Notes under the pieces: model-generated
The model's input: the letters and a program-made list of their open reading frames with translations, nothing else
Database searches by the model: none
Told to the model about the DNA's origin: nothing
Shown here: positions 1-9,559 of the stretch, piece by piece
How the letters are laid out: the number at the start of each line of letters is the position of its first letter
Numbering within the stretch: position 1 is the stretch's first letter
Position numbers and translations under genes: made by a program
Assembly (NCBI GenBank): GCA_903911145.1
Contig: CAIWCD010000013.1
Span: forward strand, 1-64,000
Length of the DNA: 64,000 nt
Source: an uncultured delta proteobacterium
GTDB taxonomy: Bacteria; Myxococcota; Myxococcia; Myxococcales; 40CM-4-68-19
Reading direction: 5' to 3'

Positions 1-2513
1 AGTTGCTGGATTGCCTTGTTGATCTGTGCGGTCCCAACATCCTGTTCGCGGCTCGCCGCGGTGATCTCCTGCACCAACTCCGCAGTGCGCTGCACGTCTG
101 GAAGAATGCGCGCCAGCAGGCCACCAGCCTTCACTGCCACCGCAACACTCTTGGTAGAGAGGTCCGTGATCTCTCCTGCCGCCTTCTGGCTGCGCTCAGC
201 AAGTTTGCGAACCTCAGACGCCACGACCGCAAACCCCTTCCCGTGCTCTCCAGCCCGTGCCGCCTCGATGGCCGCGTTGAGCGCGAGCAGGTTCGTCTGC
301 CGCGAGATCTCACCGATGATCGAGATCTTCGAGGCGATCTGGTTCATCGCCTCCACGGTCTGGGTCACGGCCTCTCCACCTTCCTTCGCATCGGCCGCGG
401 CCTTGAGCGCGATCTTCTCCGTCTGGGTCGCGTTATCAGCGTTCTGCTTGATGTTGGCGCTCATCTGCTCAACAGAGGAGGAGACCTCCTCGATCGATGA
501 AGACTGCTCAGACGCGCCCTGGCTCACCTGCTCCGACGACGCGCTCATCTCCTGAGATCCCTGCGTGACGTTGTCGGTAGCCGAGCGCACATTTCCAACC
601 ACGTCGGCCAGATTCTTCACCATCGACGCCAGCGCCTTCATCAGTTCATCGCGCTCGGAGCGTGCGGTCACCTCAACCTGGAGGTCGCCCCCGGCGATCT
701 GCGACGCGACCTGGGTCACCTTACCCATCGCGTCGATCAGGGTATTGAGGTTGTTCTTGATGTTGTTGAAATCCCCGTTGTAGCTGTCTGAGATCTTGGT
801 CGGGATGTCACCCTTGGAGATTCGATCGACGTAGTTCGCGGCCACGTTGAGTGGGTTGATCACCGCGTCGAGTGTGTGGTTGACTCCCTCGACGATTTTG
901 CGGAAGTCACCAAAGTGTTTGCTCGCGTCGGCACGGGTGGCCAACTTGCCCTCCACTGCCGCCTTGGCGAGAAGGTTGGCATCCGAAACCAGCGCATTGA
1001 CAGCATCGACGCAGGTATTCAGGTTGTTCTTGAGTTGGTTGAAATCCCCATTGTAGCTGTCCGTGATCTTCGGCGGGATATCTCCCTTTGAGATCCGGTC
1101 GACATAGTTCGCCGCGACGTTGAGCGGATTGATCACGGCATCGAGCGTGTCATCGACGCCCTGCACGATCTTCCGGAAGTCACCCTGGTGTTTGCTCGCG
1201 TCCGCGCGGGTGGACAACTTGCCTTCCACTGCGGCCTTGGCGAGAAGGTTGGCATCCGCAACCAGCGCATTGACAGCATCGACGCAGGTATTCAGGTTGT
1301 TCTTGAGCTGGTTGAAATCCCCGTTGTAGCTGTCCGTGATCTTCGGCGGGATATCTCCCTTTGAGATCCGGTTGACATAGTTCGCCGCGACATTGAGCGG
1401 ATTGATCACGGCATCGAGCGTGTCATCGACGCCCTGCACGATCTTCCGGAAGTCACCCTGGTGCTTGCTCGCGTCGGCACGGGTGGCCAACTTGCCCTCC
1501 ACTGCTGCCTTGGAGAGCATGACCGCGTCCGCGACCAGCAGATTCACTGCATCGATGCAGGTATTGAGGTTGAGCTTGATCTCGTTGAATTCTCCGTCGT
1601 AGCTGTCGGTGATCTTCGGCGGGACATCCCCCTTCGAGATGCGATTGACGTAGTCCGCGGTCACCTTGATCGGCTTGGTGTAGGCATCCATCATGTTGTT
1701 GAAGCCGACGATGATGTCGCGGAACTCGAAATTGACGCTCTCAAGATTGCCGCGCAGGCCGAGCTTGCCCTCGTCGACCGCCGTGCCGAGACGGCGACTC
1801 TCGTCGAGCAGCGCCTTGATGATGCTGGAGATGTTGCGACTGAGCACCATCAACAGAATGGCTGCGAGAAGCAGCGCAAGTAGCGTCGACACAACTACGG
1901 TGGTGATGGCGGTGGAGGCCGAGCGTCCCGCCTCTTTTGCCTGAACCTGGGCCGTGTGAATGACTTCCGCCATGACGTCAGTCTGTGCGGCCTCTACCTC
2001 ACGGAAGCTCTTCAACGCCTCCGCGGCGGTGAGCGATGAGGCAGCATCGAGGGCATCCGTCCGCGCGTCGGGCTTCCACTGGTTCGCGGCGAGGATGTCG
2101 TTCCTGTCATTCGCCTGCGCCACGATCGCCAGGTGCTGCTTCTTCCAGTTCTCGAAGAGAGGAACGAACTTGTTCCAGAGCACCGCCTCCTGCGCGCCTT
2201 GAGGCAGCGCTACATAGGCATTCCAGGCCGCGGTCAGGCGCGGGATGGCCTTGTCCTCACGCTCCTGCCCCGCCTTCCTGGTGGCCTCTGTCCTGGCCGC
2301 GCGAACTCCTCGCTCCGCGGCGAGCATCGAGGTCTTCGCTTCGTTGATGGTTCCAAGCGCATCGACGGTTGGCAACTGGTTGGTGGAGAGATCCTCAGTG
2401 ATGAAGATGAGCTCCTTGATCGAGCGGTAGCTCATTGCGGCGACGACGAGCATCGCCAGAGAAACGACGATGAAACCAACGGCGACCTTCGCGCCGAGCT
2501 TCAGATTTCCCAT
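1..2513 (-). CDS. Methyl-accepting chemotaxis protein with two TM helices, four-helix sensor and poly-HAMP array; 3' end beyond left edge
   Basis: Absent from ORF track (no stop in window). Read manually: ATG at 2513 after [26 protein letters not shown]..., 91-aa HAMP-type repeats, then MCP signalling motif [39 protein letters not shown]. Confidence 0.93.
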   Translation of the reverse strand, partial: MGNLKLGAKVAVGFIVVSLAMLVVAAMSYRSIKELIFITEDLSTNQLPTVDALGTINEAKTSMLAAERGVRAARTEATRKAGQEREDKAIPRLTAAWNAYVALPQGAQEAVLWNKFVPLFENWKKQHLAIVAQANDRNDILAANQWKPDARTDALDAASSLTAAEALKSFREVEAAQTDVMAEVIHTAQVQAKEAGRSASTAITTVVVSTLLALLLAAILLMVLSRNISSIIKALLDESRRLGTAVDEGKLGLRGNLESVNFEFRDIIVGFNNMMDAYTKPIKVTADYVNRISKGDVPPKITDSYDGEFNEIKLNLNTCIDAVNLLVADAVMLSKAAVEGKLATRADASKHQGDFRKIVQGVDDTLDAVINPLNVAANYVNRISKGDIPPKITDSYNGDFNQLKNNLNTCVDAVNALVADANLLAKAAVEGKLSTRADASKHQGDFRKIVQGVDDTLDAVINPLNVAANYVDRISKGDIPPKITDSYNGDFNQLKNNLNTCVDAVNALVSDANLLAKAAVEGKLATRADASKHFGDFRKIVEGVNHTLDAVINPLNVAANYVDRISKGDIPTKISDSYNGDFNNIKNNLNTLIDAMGKVTQVASQIAGGDLQVEVTARSERDELMKALASMVKNLADVVGNVRSATDNVTQGSQEMSASSEQVSQGASEQSSSIEEVSSSVEQMSANIKQNADNATQTEKIALKAAADAKEGGEAVTQTVEAMNQIASKISIIGEISRQTNLLALNAAIEAARAGEHGKGFAVVASEVRKLAERSQKAAGEITDLSTKSVAVAVKAGGLLARILPDVQRTAELVQEITAASREQDVGTAQINKAIQQ
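760..1700 (-). repeat. About 3.5 tandem 273-bp coding repeats (poly-HAMP units)
   Basis: Near-identical blocks recur with 273-bp period (antisense ORFs start at 847, 1120, 1393); unit [30 protein letters not shown]...[28 protein letters not shown]. Confidence 0.9.
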
Positions 2514-2625
2514 GTGCTGCCTCCAGAAGATTCAACCGTCGAGTTGCCGCATGTCACGTGATGACCCTGGACGCTGCTGCCTGGCGAAGCCGTCCGCGGC
2601 CTCTGCGTGGTGAGTCGCGAACAGC

Positions 2626-2641
2626 TTCAAGATGCATGCCG
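2626..2641 (-). promoter_or_regulatory. Possible sigma54 -24/-12 element for the MCP gene
   Basis: Minus strand CGGCATGCATCTTGAA, correct GG-N10 spacing but -12 is GA rather than GC. Confidence 0.4.
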
Positions 2642-3123
2642 CGCTACCGGATGCAGAGGTCTGTGGATTCAGCACTCAAATCCGTTCCAGCGGAGTTCCT
2701 GTTGATGCTCCCGCTCCGAGTACACAGGACAGTGTCCAGGAAAAGAGACCTGGGAACCCGATGACAGTGCCCTCAGACGACGCATCCGTCGTCGTCTGCT
2801 CCTGCAGGCCGGTTCCGCTCGCGGTTTGGATCTGGAGTTTCTGCAGCAGGGGAAGATGAACAAGAGCGGGTCGGATTCCGAACCGCTCGTTGCCGGAGAC
2901 GAAGGATCCGATAAACCGATCTGTCCGGAGCGCGGGACTGGTGACCGTTCTTTCAGCGCGGAATCGAAACCGCTTCAAGCTCGCGCGCTGGCTGCCATTG
3001 GGTATGAACGGTGACGGCGATGGCAAGAAATGCAGCACGCAGACGATGCTCGCGCTCAATGCCTCGTTCACCTACTGACCCTGGAGCATAGGAAATCTCA
3101 GACCGTGGGTCATCGACTCATCG

Positions 3124-5298
3124 CTAGTTGAATGTCTGAGAGTCGCGCACGGCCGCCTGCATGACGGTGGGTAGATCGATGATCAATGCCACCGAGCCGT
3201 CGCCGAGGATGGTCGCGCCGGAGAAGCCCTTCACGTCCCGATAGGCGCTGCCGAGCGTCTTGATCACGGTCTGGTGCTGGCCAATCACGTGATCGATCAC
3301 CACCCCGAATCGGTTACCGCCAGCGTGCGCAATCGCGATCTGCTCAATGGGTGGACGGTCGCCTGGAACATCAAACCAGTCGCGCAGGCGGACGTAGGGA
3401 ATCAGCTCGCCGCGCACAGACGCCAGTTGGTTGCCATTTGCCCTGGTGACGTCTTCGCGCGTGATCTCCACGCACTCCTCGACCAGCGACATCGGAAGCA
3501 CATAGGAGGCGTCGCCCACTGACACAAGCAGCCCCTCGATGATGGCCAGAGTCAGCGGCAGCTTGAGCCGCACTGTCACTCCCGCACCGGGCGCGCTCTC
3601 GAGTTCAATGGTTCCGCGAAGGGCGTCGACCGAGCGCTTGACGACATCCAGACCAACTCCGCGACCAGAAAGGTTGGAGACCTGGGCGGCGGTGGAGAAG
3701 CCAGGAAGGAAGATCAGGTTGAACAGTTCACTCTCCGCAAGGCGCGCATCGGGCTCGATCAGTCCGCGGCTCAATGCCTTGGCGCGGATCGCAGCAGCGT
3801 CGAGGCCGCGTCCGTCATCGCGGATCTCGACCACCACGCTCGGCCCCGATTGGTAGGAAGAGAGGCTGACGGTTGCGCGCGGGGTCTTGCCTGCGGCTGC
3901 GCGACCGGCCGGCGACTCGATGCCGTGGTCGCAGCTGTTGCGGATGAGATGAACCAGCGGATCCCCGAGCCGATCGATCACCGTCTTATCCAACTCGGTC
4001 TCTGCGCCCTCGGTGACCAACTCGATCTCCTTGCCCAGCTCAGAGGAGAGATCCCGAACGAGCCGCTTGAAGCGCGAGAAGGTGGTGCCGATCGGAACCA
4101 TCCGGATGTTGAGCGTGTTGTCGCGCAGCGAAGTCGAGAGCCGCTCCAGCACCTCTGCAATCGAACTGAGCTCGACGTCGTCGTGGCGAGAGGCGATCTG
4201 GTTGAGCCTCGCCTGCGCGATCACCATCTCGCCGACCAGATCGACGAGCACATCAAGCTTGTCCGCGGGCACGCGGATGCTCGACGCCTCGTCGGTGCGG
4301 CCCGGTTCGCGCCTGGCACGTGCGTCGCGCACGACCATCTGTTCCGTCGCGGCCGCAGCCACCACCTCCGGCGCGACCGCTCCCTGTGCGATCAGGACGG
4401 CGCCAAGATTCTTCTGGGCAGCGAGCGCCGCACGCAGTTGGTCGGCAGTCACCTCACCGCGATCCAGAAGGATCTCGCCCAGCTTCTTGTAACTGGCGTC
4501 ACCTTCGATGCCATCATCGTCGAGCAACTCGACGCGCAGCTCCCCGCGCCCTTCGACGAAGATGAACACATCGTGGATCGCGTCGGCTCCGCGGTTGGTG
4601 GTGAGCACGACGTCCCACGAGAGGTAGCAGGACTCCGCGTCGAACTGCTCGAGCGACGGCAACTCTTGACGATGTGCGATCACCTGGCAGGGGCCGAGCG
4701 CGCGCAACTCGGCCAGCAGCGACATCGGGTTGGTTCCGTCGCGGAGCAGATCGCGCGGCGGGACGAATCGCACGCGGAAGGTCTTCGTTCCTCCAGCAGG
4801 AGATTCGCGCTCCAATGTCTGTGCCGGCGGCGCTGAGGGGGGCGGCGAGACCGGGTCCTGCCGCGGAACCGAAGGCCCCGCAGCCACTGGCGCCGCGCTT
4901 TTCTGCGCAGGAGGTTTTGCTGCCGGTCCCAAGAAGGAAGCGAGCGCGAGAGTGATCGCCTCGCGCTCGGCCGCGACGGACGGCCCCGCGCCGTCGAGCA
5001 TGGCGCGGATGACATCCTTGGCCCGCAGGCCCAGCCCGATCAGTGCCGGTGTGATCTTCTCGGTTCCGTTGCGAACCCGGTCGAACACCGTCTCGAGCCC
5101 ATGGGTGAACGCGGCGACCTCGTCGAAGCCGAACATCGAGCCGGAGCCCTTGATGGTGTGCATCGCGCGGAAGGCGCTGCCGATCAGCTCCGCGTCGCCA
5201 GGGTTCTCTTCCAGCTCAAGCAGCGCGGCCTCGAGTTCAGCAAGACGCTCAGCAGCCTCCTCGCGAAACGAGGATTCAAAATCTTTCGTGCGGTCCAT
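3124..5298 (-). CDS. cheA: Chemotaxis histidine kinase CheA
   Basis: Hpt FRAMHTIKGSG, P2-like domain, SIRVPADKLD dimer region, HLIRNSCDHGIE, GFSTAAQVSNLSGRGVGLDVV, C-terminal CheW domain; start MDRTKD with AGGAG RBS. Confidence 0.97.
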   Translation of the reverse strand: MDRTKDFESSFREEAAERLAELEAALLELEENPGDAELIGSAFRAMHTIKGSGSMFGFDEVAAFTHGLETVFDRVRNGTEKITPALIGLGLRAKDVIRAMLDGAGPSVAAEREAITLALASFLGPAAKPPAQKSAAPVAAGPSVPRQDPVSPPPSAPPAQTLERESPAGGTKTFRVRFVPPRDLLRDGTNPMSLLAELRALGPCQVIAHRQELPSLEQFDAESCYLSWDVVLTTNRGADAIHDVFIFVEGRGELRVELLDDDGIEGDASYKKLGEILLDRGEVTADQLRAALAAQKNLGAVLIAQGAVAPEVVAAAATEQMVVRDARARREPGRTDEASSIRVPADKLDVLVDLVGEMVIAQARLNQIASRHDDVELSSIAEVLERLSTSLRDNTLNIRMVPIGTTFSRFKRLVRDLSSELGKEIELVTEGAETELDKTVIDRLGDPLVHLIRNSCDHGIESPAGRAAAGKTPRATVSLSSYQSGPSVVVEIRDDGRGLDAAAIRAKALSRGLIEPDARLAESELFNLIFLPGFSTAAQVSNLSGRGVGLDVVKRSVDALRGTIELESAPGAGVTVRLKLPLTLAIIEGLLVSVGDASYVLPMSLVEECVEITREDVTRANGNQLASVRGELIPYVRLRDWFDVPGDRPPIEQIAIAHAGGNRFGVVIDHVIGQHQTVIKTLGSAYRDVKGFSGATILGDGSVALIIDLPTVMQAAVRDSQTFN

Positions 5299-5306
5299 CG
5301 GCACTC

Positions 5307-5675
5307 CTAGCCAATCAGCTTGCGGACCACCGCGACCAGCTGGTCCGGAGTGAACGGCTTGACGACCCACCCTGTCGCTCCTGCTGCGCGGCCTTCCTGT
5401 TTCTTGTCGGCGGACGACTCGGTGGTGACCATGAGAATCGGAGTGAGCCGATGCGTGGGGTTGCTGCGCACGGCCTTGATGAGTCCAACGCCGTCGAGGT
5501 TGGGCATGTTGAGATCGGTCACGATCAGGTTGACCGGCGCGCCCGCGCCCAGCTTGGCGAGCGCGTCCTTTCCATCAACCGCCTCGACCACCTCATAGCC
5601 GGCGCCACTGAGGACGAACTTCACGACCTGCCGCACGCTCGAGGAGTCATCGGCCGCCAGAATCCGCTTAGCCAT
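5307..5675 (-). CDS. cheY: CheY-like response regulator
   Basis: ILAADDS, VTDLNMPNLDG, MVTTE, WVVKPF; directly upstream of cheA. Confidence 0.95.
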   Translation of the reverse strand: MAKRILAADDSSSVRQVVKFVLSGAGYEVVEAVDGKDALAKLGAGAPVNLIVTDLNMPNLDGVGLIKAVRSNPTHRLTPILMVTTESSADKKQEGRAAGATGWVVKPFTPDQLVAVVRKLIG

Positions 5676-5970
5676 GTTCCGCCTCCGCCCAGACTCCACC
5701 AACACGCGCACAGCAGAGGCCTGCATCAACGGCGGCCTGTTCGAGCACGGGGCTGCGTCCGTTCGGCGCGAAGGACAGCAGGCTCCCGCGCGCGGTGGCG
5801 ACGCTCCATGCGACCTCGATCAGTTGCAGACCAGCGATGTCGACGTGCGCAACTCCGCGTCCGTCGAGCAGCACTTCGTCGCCACTCAGAAGCGCGGCCT
5901 TGAAGCGGGTCCAGAGCGTGCCCGTCTCTGCAATGGTCATCTCTTTCGGAAGCTCCAGAAGCATCGCCAT
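5668..5970 (-). CDS. STAS domain protein
   Basis: LELPKEMTIAE...VLLDGRGVAHVDIAGLQLI pattern; overlaps cheY start. Confidence 0.85.
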   Translation of the reverse strand: MAMLLELPKEMTIAETGTLWTRFKAALLSGDEVLLDGRGVAHVDIAGLQLIEVAWSVATARGSLLSFAPNGRSPVLEQAAVDAGLCCARVGGVWAEAEHG

Positions 5971-6003
5971 CTCCAATCCTTCGTTGCCGCGCAAGACACC
6001 TGC

Positions 6004-7761
6004 TCAAAACAGCTCGACGTTCTCTCCGAGCTCGCCGCTCAACGGCGGGGGCGCGGAAAGCTCCGCGCGCGCTCCGGCCGCTGCTCCATGCGAATGCGAA
6101 CCCGCGCTATGCACCTCGCGCTCTGACTCCATCGTGTAGCGGGCCGCAGCTGCATCCAGTCGCTTCGAGCGGTAGTGACCAGCGTTCGGCCCCACCGCCG
6201 CCTCTGCGAAATCCGCCAACCGGGAGAGCTCCTCCTCGATTTCTGCGAGTGCGTGCGTGGTCATCAAGTGTGCGGAGAGCCCAGTCCGGGTCTCGGCCGC
6301 AGCAGCGCCGAGCGCCGCACTGCCCTGCTGCAACTGATCGACCTGCTCCGCCAGCCGCTGGTGCCAGAGGGCCAGCTTGGCCGCGACCTGCTCGAAGTTG
6401 CTGGCGCTCGCGCTCGAGCCGTCTGCCGCGATGACATCGTCATCTCGCTTCAGCGTGCGAACCTCCGCAAAGACCTGCTCGAGCGCAGCGATGACCACAG
6501 CGTTGTGCTTGCGTACACCGTCGGCGCATTCCGACATCTCCCGCGACAGCGCGTTGAAGACCCGCCCACCGGCGCGCACCTGGGCGCTCTCGACCATGGC
6601 GTTGAGCGAGAGCAGCTTCAGCTGGCGGCCGATCTGCTCAATCTGGGACACGCAACCGGCCATCCCTTGCAGTGCGGTGTTCACCGTGTGGATGGCCGCG
6701 TGGAGTTCCCGCTCCGCGGCAATCTGCTCGATCAGCAACCGCGCCGCGTCGCCAGCGTCTCGTTCCACCTCGTGCACCAGCTCCGTGGCGTTGCCAGACG
6801 CCATCCGCTTCGCCTCGTCGGTAAGCTCGGCGACATCGCCGGCCAGATCGAGCAATCCATTGGAGACCTGCGTCAGGCCGCTCACCAGCCGCGTCCGCGC
6901 AACACTCAACTGGCGCGCCTCCAGACGGCAGAGCGCCGCCGCCTCAGAGAAGAAGGCGGGGCCGCTCTCGTCGAGATCACCGGCGAGACTCCCAAGCTCC
7001 TCCGCGACGTGTTCGATCATCTGCCGGGTCGAGTCGTGTGACTGCAGGCCGACCAGCACGTCACTCACTCTCGTGGAGACCCGCCCCGCGGTCGCGCACG
7101 CCTTCGTAACCAACCCGGAGGCCGACGTCGCCAGGCCCTGCAATGCTTCCACTCCTGCTCTCGTGTCTGCGACCAGCTTGGGTCCACGCGCCCCTTGCTG
7201 GCTGAGGAAAGCAAGCGCGCGCTCACGAGCGGCCGCGGCCGCCGCATGCAGGTCGGTGGCTTGATTCAACACATTGTCGAACTGGGGCTCGATCTGACCG
7301 GCGAGCACGCGCGCCTCGGTGGCCACGGTCTCCATCTGCGCGGCAGTGCAGGCGCTCTGGATCTTCGTCTGCATCGCGATCGCTCGCAGGGAGCCCGCGA
7401 CATCGACGTATCCATCGCGAAAATCATGGAGCCGCGCAAGCCGAGAGAGGAGCTTGGCCAGCCCGTCGCTTCCGTTCGTCGTCGAGCGTTGGCTCACGTC
7501 GAGGTGATGCCGGGTCCGCTCCAATTCCTGGCGGAGGAGATCGGAGGGAACTGCGTCTCCGTCATCGCTGACGAGCGCCGCGGCGCTGGATGTTTCGACC
7601 AGACCCAGCGCGCCCTGCTGGAGTGTTTGCAGCCGGTTCCCCGTATCGAGAAAGACCTGCTCCGATCCGCTCAGAAATCTTGAAAGGCGAAGGCAGACCG
7701 CAACGAGTCGAGCGCGTGTCCCCGAAGTCGGGTCCCCCAGCTGAGCAAGTCGAGCGCCCAT
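6004..7761 (-). CDS. Soluble MCP-like coiled-coil chemotaxis protein
   Basis: No TM helix; degenerate signalling hairpin LKLLSLNAMVESAQVRAGGRVFNALSREM, LQSHDSTRQMIEHV, RYTMESEREVH, C-terminal GENVELF. Confidence 0.8.
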   Translation of the reverse strand: MGARLAQLGDPTSGTRARLVAVCLRLSRFLSGSEQVFLDTGNRLQTLQQGALGLVETSSAAALVSDDGDAVPSDLLRQELERTRHHLDVSQRSTTNGSDGLAKLLSRLARLHDFRDGYVDVAGSLRAIAMQTKIQSACTAAQMETVATEARVLAGQIEPQFDNVLNQATDLHAAAAAARERALAFLSQQGARGPKLVADTRAGVEALQGLATSASGLVTKACATAGRVSTRVSDVLVGLQSHDSTRQMIEHVAEELGSLAGDLDESGPAFFSEAAALCRLEARQLSVARTRLVSGLTQVSNGLLDLAGDVAELTDEAKRMASGNATELVHEVERDAGDAARLLIEQIAAERELHAAIHTVNTALQGMAGCVSQIEQIGRQLKLLSLNAMVESAQVRAGGRVFNALSREMSECADGVRKHNAVVIAALEQVFAEVRTLKRDDDVIAADGSSASASNFEQVAAKLALWHQRLAEQVDQLQQGSAALGAAAAETRTGLSAHLMTTHALAEIEEELSRLADFAEAAVGPNAGHYRSKRLDAAAARYTMESEREVHSAGSHSHGAAAGARAELSAPPPLSGELGENVELF

Positions 7762-7877
7762 CAGTTGGCTTCACTCCGGAGTTGGTGCACGCGGGCCGGT
7801 ACGTCGCCGGATGGCGACTCAAGAGCCTCGAGCGGCTCAATCCAACGTGGGTCTGGCGCGACGGAGAAGAAGTGCAT
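7761..7877 (-). CDS. Possible 38-aa leader peptide
   Basis: GAGGAG RBS before ATG 7877; its TGA overlaps the next ATG (TGATG). Confidence 0.35.
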   Translation of the reverse strand: MHFFSVAPDPRWIEPLEALESPSGDVPARVHQLRSEAN

Positions 7878-7901
7878 GAGCGCTCCTCTGCGCCTTCTCT
7901 T

Positions 7902-8013
7902 TCCAAGAACCGCGCCAGTCGCGAAAGGGCCTGCTCGGCCCAGCACTCCCCGAAGCGCGCAAAAAACGTCCCAAAGAGTCCCGGGCGAAGGACGAACGTC
8001 CTATGAAGCGGAC
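7902..8013 (-). promoter_or_regulatory. Possible sigma54 promoter with tandem enhancer-like palindromes
   Basis: TGGCGCGGTTCTTGGA (7902-7917, -12 is GG) and two GTCC-N8-GGAC palindromes at 7978-7993 and 7998-8013. Confidence 0.45.
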
Positions 8014-8064
8014 AGGCCTGGACCCATTTTCAAGACCGTGCTGCGGAGTTCCTGAAGCTGTCCC

Positions 8065-9456
8065 TTATTGGCGGGCGAGGCCGTGTTCCTTGAGAAGCGC
8101 ATAGAAGCGCGACCGCGAGAGCATCGAGATGCCGCACGCCAGGTTCACGTCAGAGCGGGTCGCGCGCAACAACTCCTCGAGATACCGCCTCGTCACCTTG
8201 TTCCGATGTTCCTCGAGGGAAGGAAGCGAAACGGCGGTCCGTGTTTCGTCTTCGGCGGGCGCTGGCGCAGCGTGGGTTTCGACGAACGACGCTTTCGCCA
8301 CTGTTGCGCGCAACGCCGTCGGGAGATGGACGGGTTGCAGCGTGTCGTGGCCCCACGCCTTCGCGACCGCTTGCTCAATCGCGTTGAGCAGCTCGCGAAC
8401 ATTTCCAGGCCAGGAATAGAGCGACAGCGCGCGAATGAACTCAGGAGAGAGCTCCTTGGTGCGAACCCCCTGGCGTTCGCAGATGCGCGCCACCGCATCG
8501 AGAGAGATCTCTCGCACGTCGTCGCCGCGCTCGTGCAGCGGCGGCAGGTGGACCGTGAGCGCGCGCAGCCTGAACAACAGGTCGGCACGGAAGGTCCCGT
8601 CGGACGCCATCTGATCGAGGTCGCGGTTGGTGGCCGCAACCAATCGGAAGTCGCTGCTCACCTCGCGATCGCTTCCCACGGGGCGAAATTTCTTCTCCTG
8701 CAGCATGCGCAGGAACGCCTTCTGGACCGCCATTGGAAGCTCGGCCACTTCATCGAGAAAGAGCGTGCCTCCGTCGGCCTGCTCGACCAACCCGACACGG
8801 CTCTCGGTCGCGCCGGTGAACGAGCCGCGGCGATGGCCGAACAGCATGCTCTCGACCAACTCCGGAGGGAGCGCCGCGCAGTCGACGACGACGAAGCTCT
8901 TGTCGCGCCGGTCGCTGTTGCTGTGGATCGCCCAGGCCGCGAGCTCCTTGCCTGTGCCGGATTCGCCTGTGACCAGCACTTTCGCGTCGCACGCGGAAGC
9001 CTCTGCAAGCCGCTCGTGGCAGGCCTTCATCGCCGGACTGCATCCGATCATCCGGCCCAGATCGAGATTGCGCGGCGCGGCCTGCTCCTGGATCGAATGG
9101 TAGGCGAGCGCGCGGTGGAGCGAGTCGGAGAACCCTTTGTATTCGTCGCTCTTGCAGAGGTAATCCCAGGCGCCGCCGCGAATCGCCTTCTCAGCGTCCG
9201 CTGCCGAGGCGCGCCCAGTCAGCACGAGCACCTCTGGACGTCCCGGCGACTCCGCGAACGAGGGGATCGAATCCAGCCCATTCCCATCGGGGAGGTTGAC
9301 GTCGAGACAGACCACGTCCGGCAGATAGTCGGCCGCGGCTGCGAGGCCGTCGCTGAGCGAGTTGAACACCAAGCCGTCGTGGCCACCCCATCGGACCTGG
9401 CGCAGCAGCACCTGGCCCACCGCGAGGTCGTCTTCGACAATCAAGACTCTTCCCAT
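8065..9456 (-). CDS. Sigma54-dependent response regulator (NtrC family bEBP)
   Basis: Receiver VLIVEDD...DVNLPDGNG, Walker A GESGTGKE, GSFTGA, FLDEV, WPGNVREL, C-terminal HTH. Confidence 0.95.
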   Translation of the reverse strand: MGRVLIVEDDLAVGQVLLRQVRWGGHDGLVFNSLSDGLAAAADYLPDVVCLDVNLPDGNGLDSIPSFAESPGRPEVLVLTGRASAADAEKAIRGGAWDYLCKSDEYKGFSDSLHRALAYHSIQEQAAPRNLDLGRMIGCSPAMKACHERLAEASACDAKVLVTGESGTGKELAAWAIHSNSDRRDKSFVVVDCAALPPELVESMLFGHRRGSFTGATESRVGLVEQADGGTLFLDEVAELPMAVQKAFLRMLQEKKFRPVGSDREVSSDFRLVAATNRDLDQMASDGTFRADLLFRLRALTVHLPPLHERGDDVREISLDAVARICERQGVRTKELSPEFIRALSLYSWPGNVRELLNAIEQAVAKAWGHDTLQPVHLPTALRATVAKASFVETHAAPAPAEDETRTAVSLPSLEEHRNKVTRRYLEELLRATRSDVNLACGISMLSRSRFYALLKEHGLARQ

Positions 9457-9559
9457 GAGGAACCTCCGCCGCATAAGACTTGAGTCTTATCTCGGCGGAT
9501 TGTCAATGACTGATTTCAAACATCGGGACTCCTTGATATCGACGTGTTCTGGAGGGGCC

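Noticed and set aside
2676..3071. 131-aa ORF in the cheA-MCP gap
   Set aside because: No motif, atypical composition, overlaps candidate regulatory sites
8069..8078. TGGCGGGCGA match to the att core
   Set aside because: Only 10 bp, at the end of the bEBP coding sequence; expected by chance in GC-rich DNA
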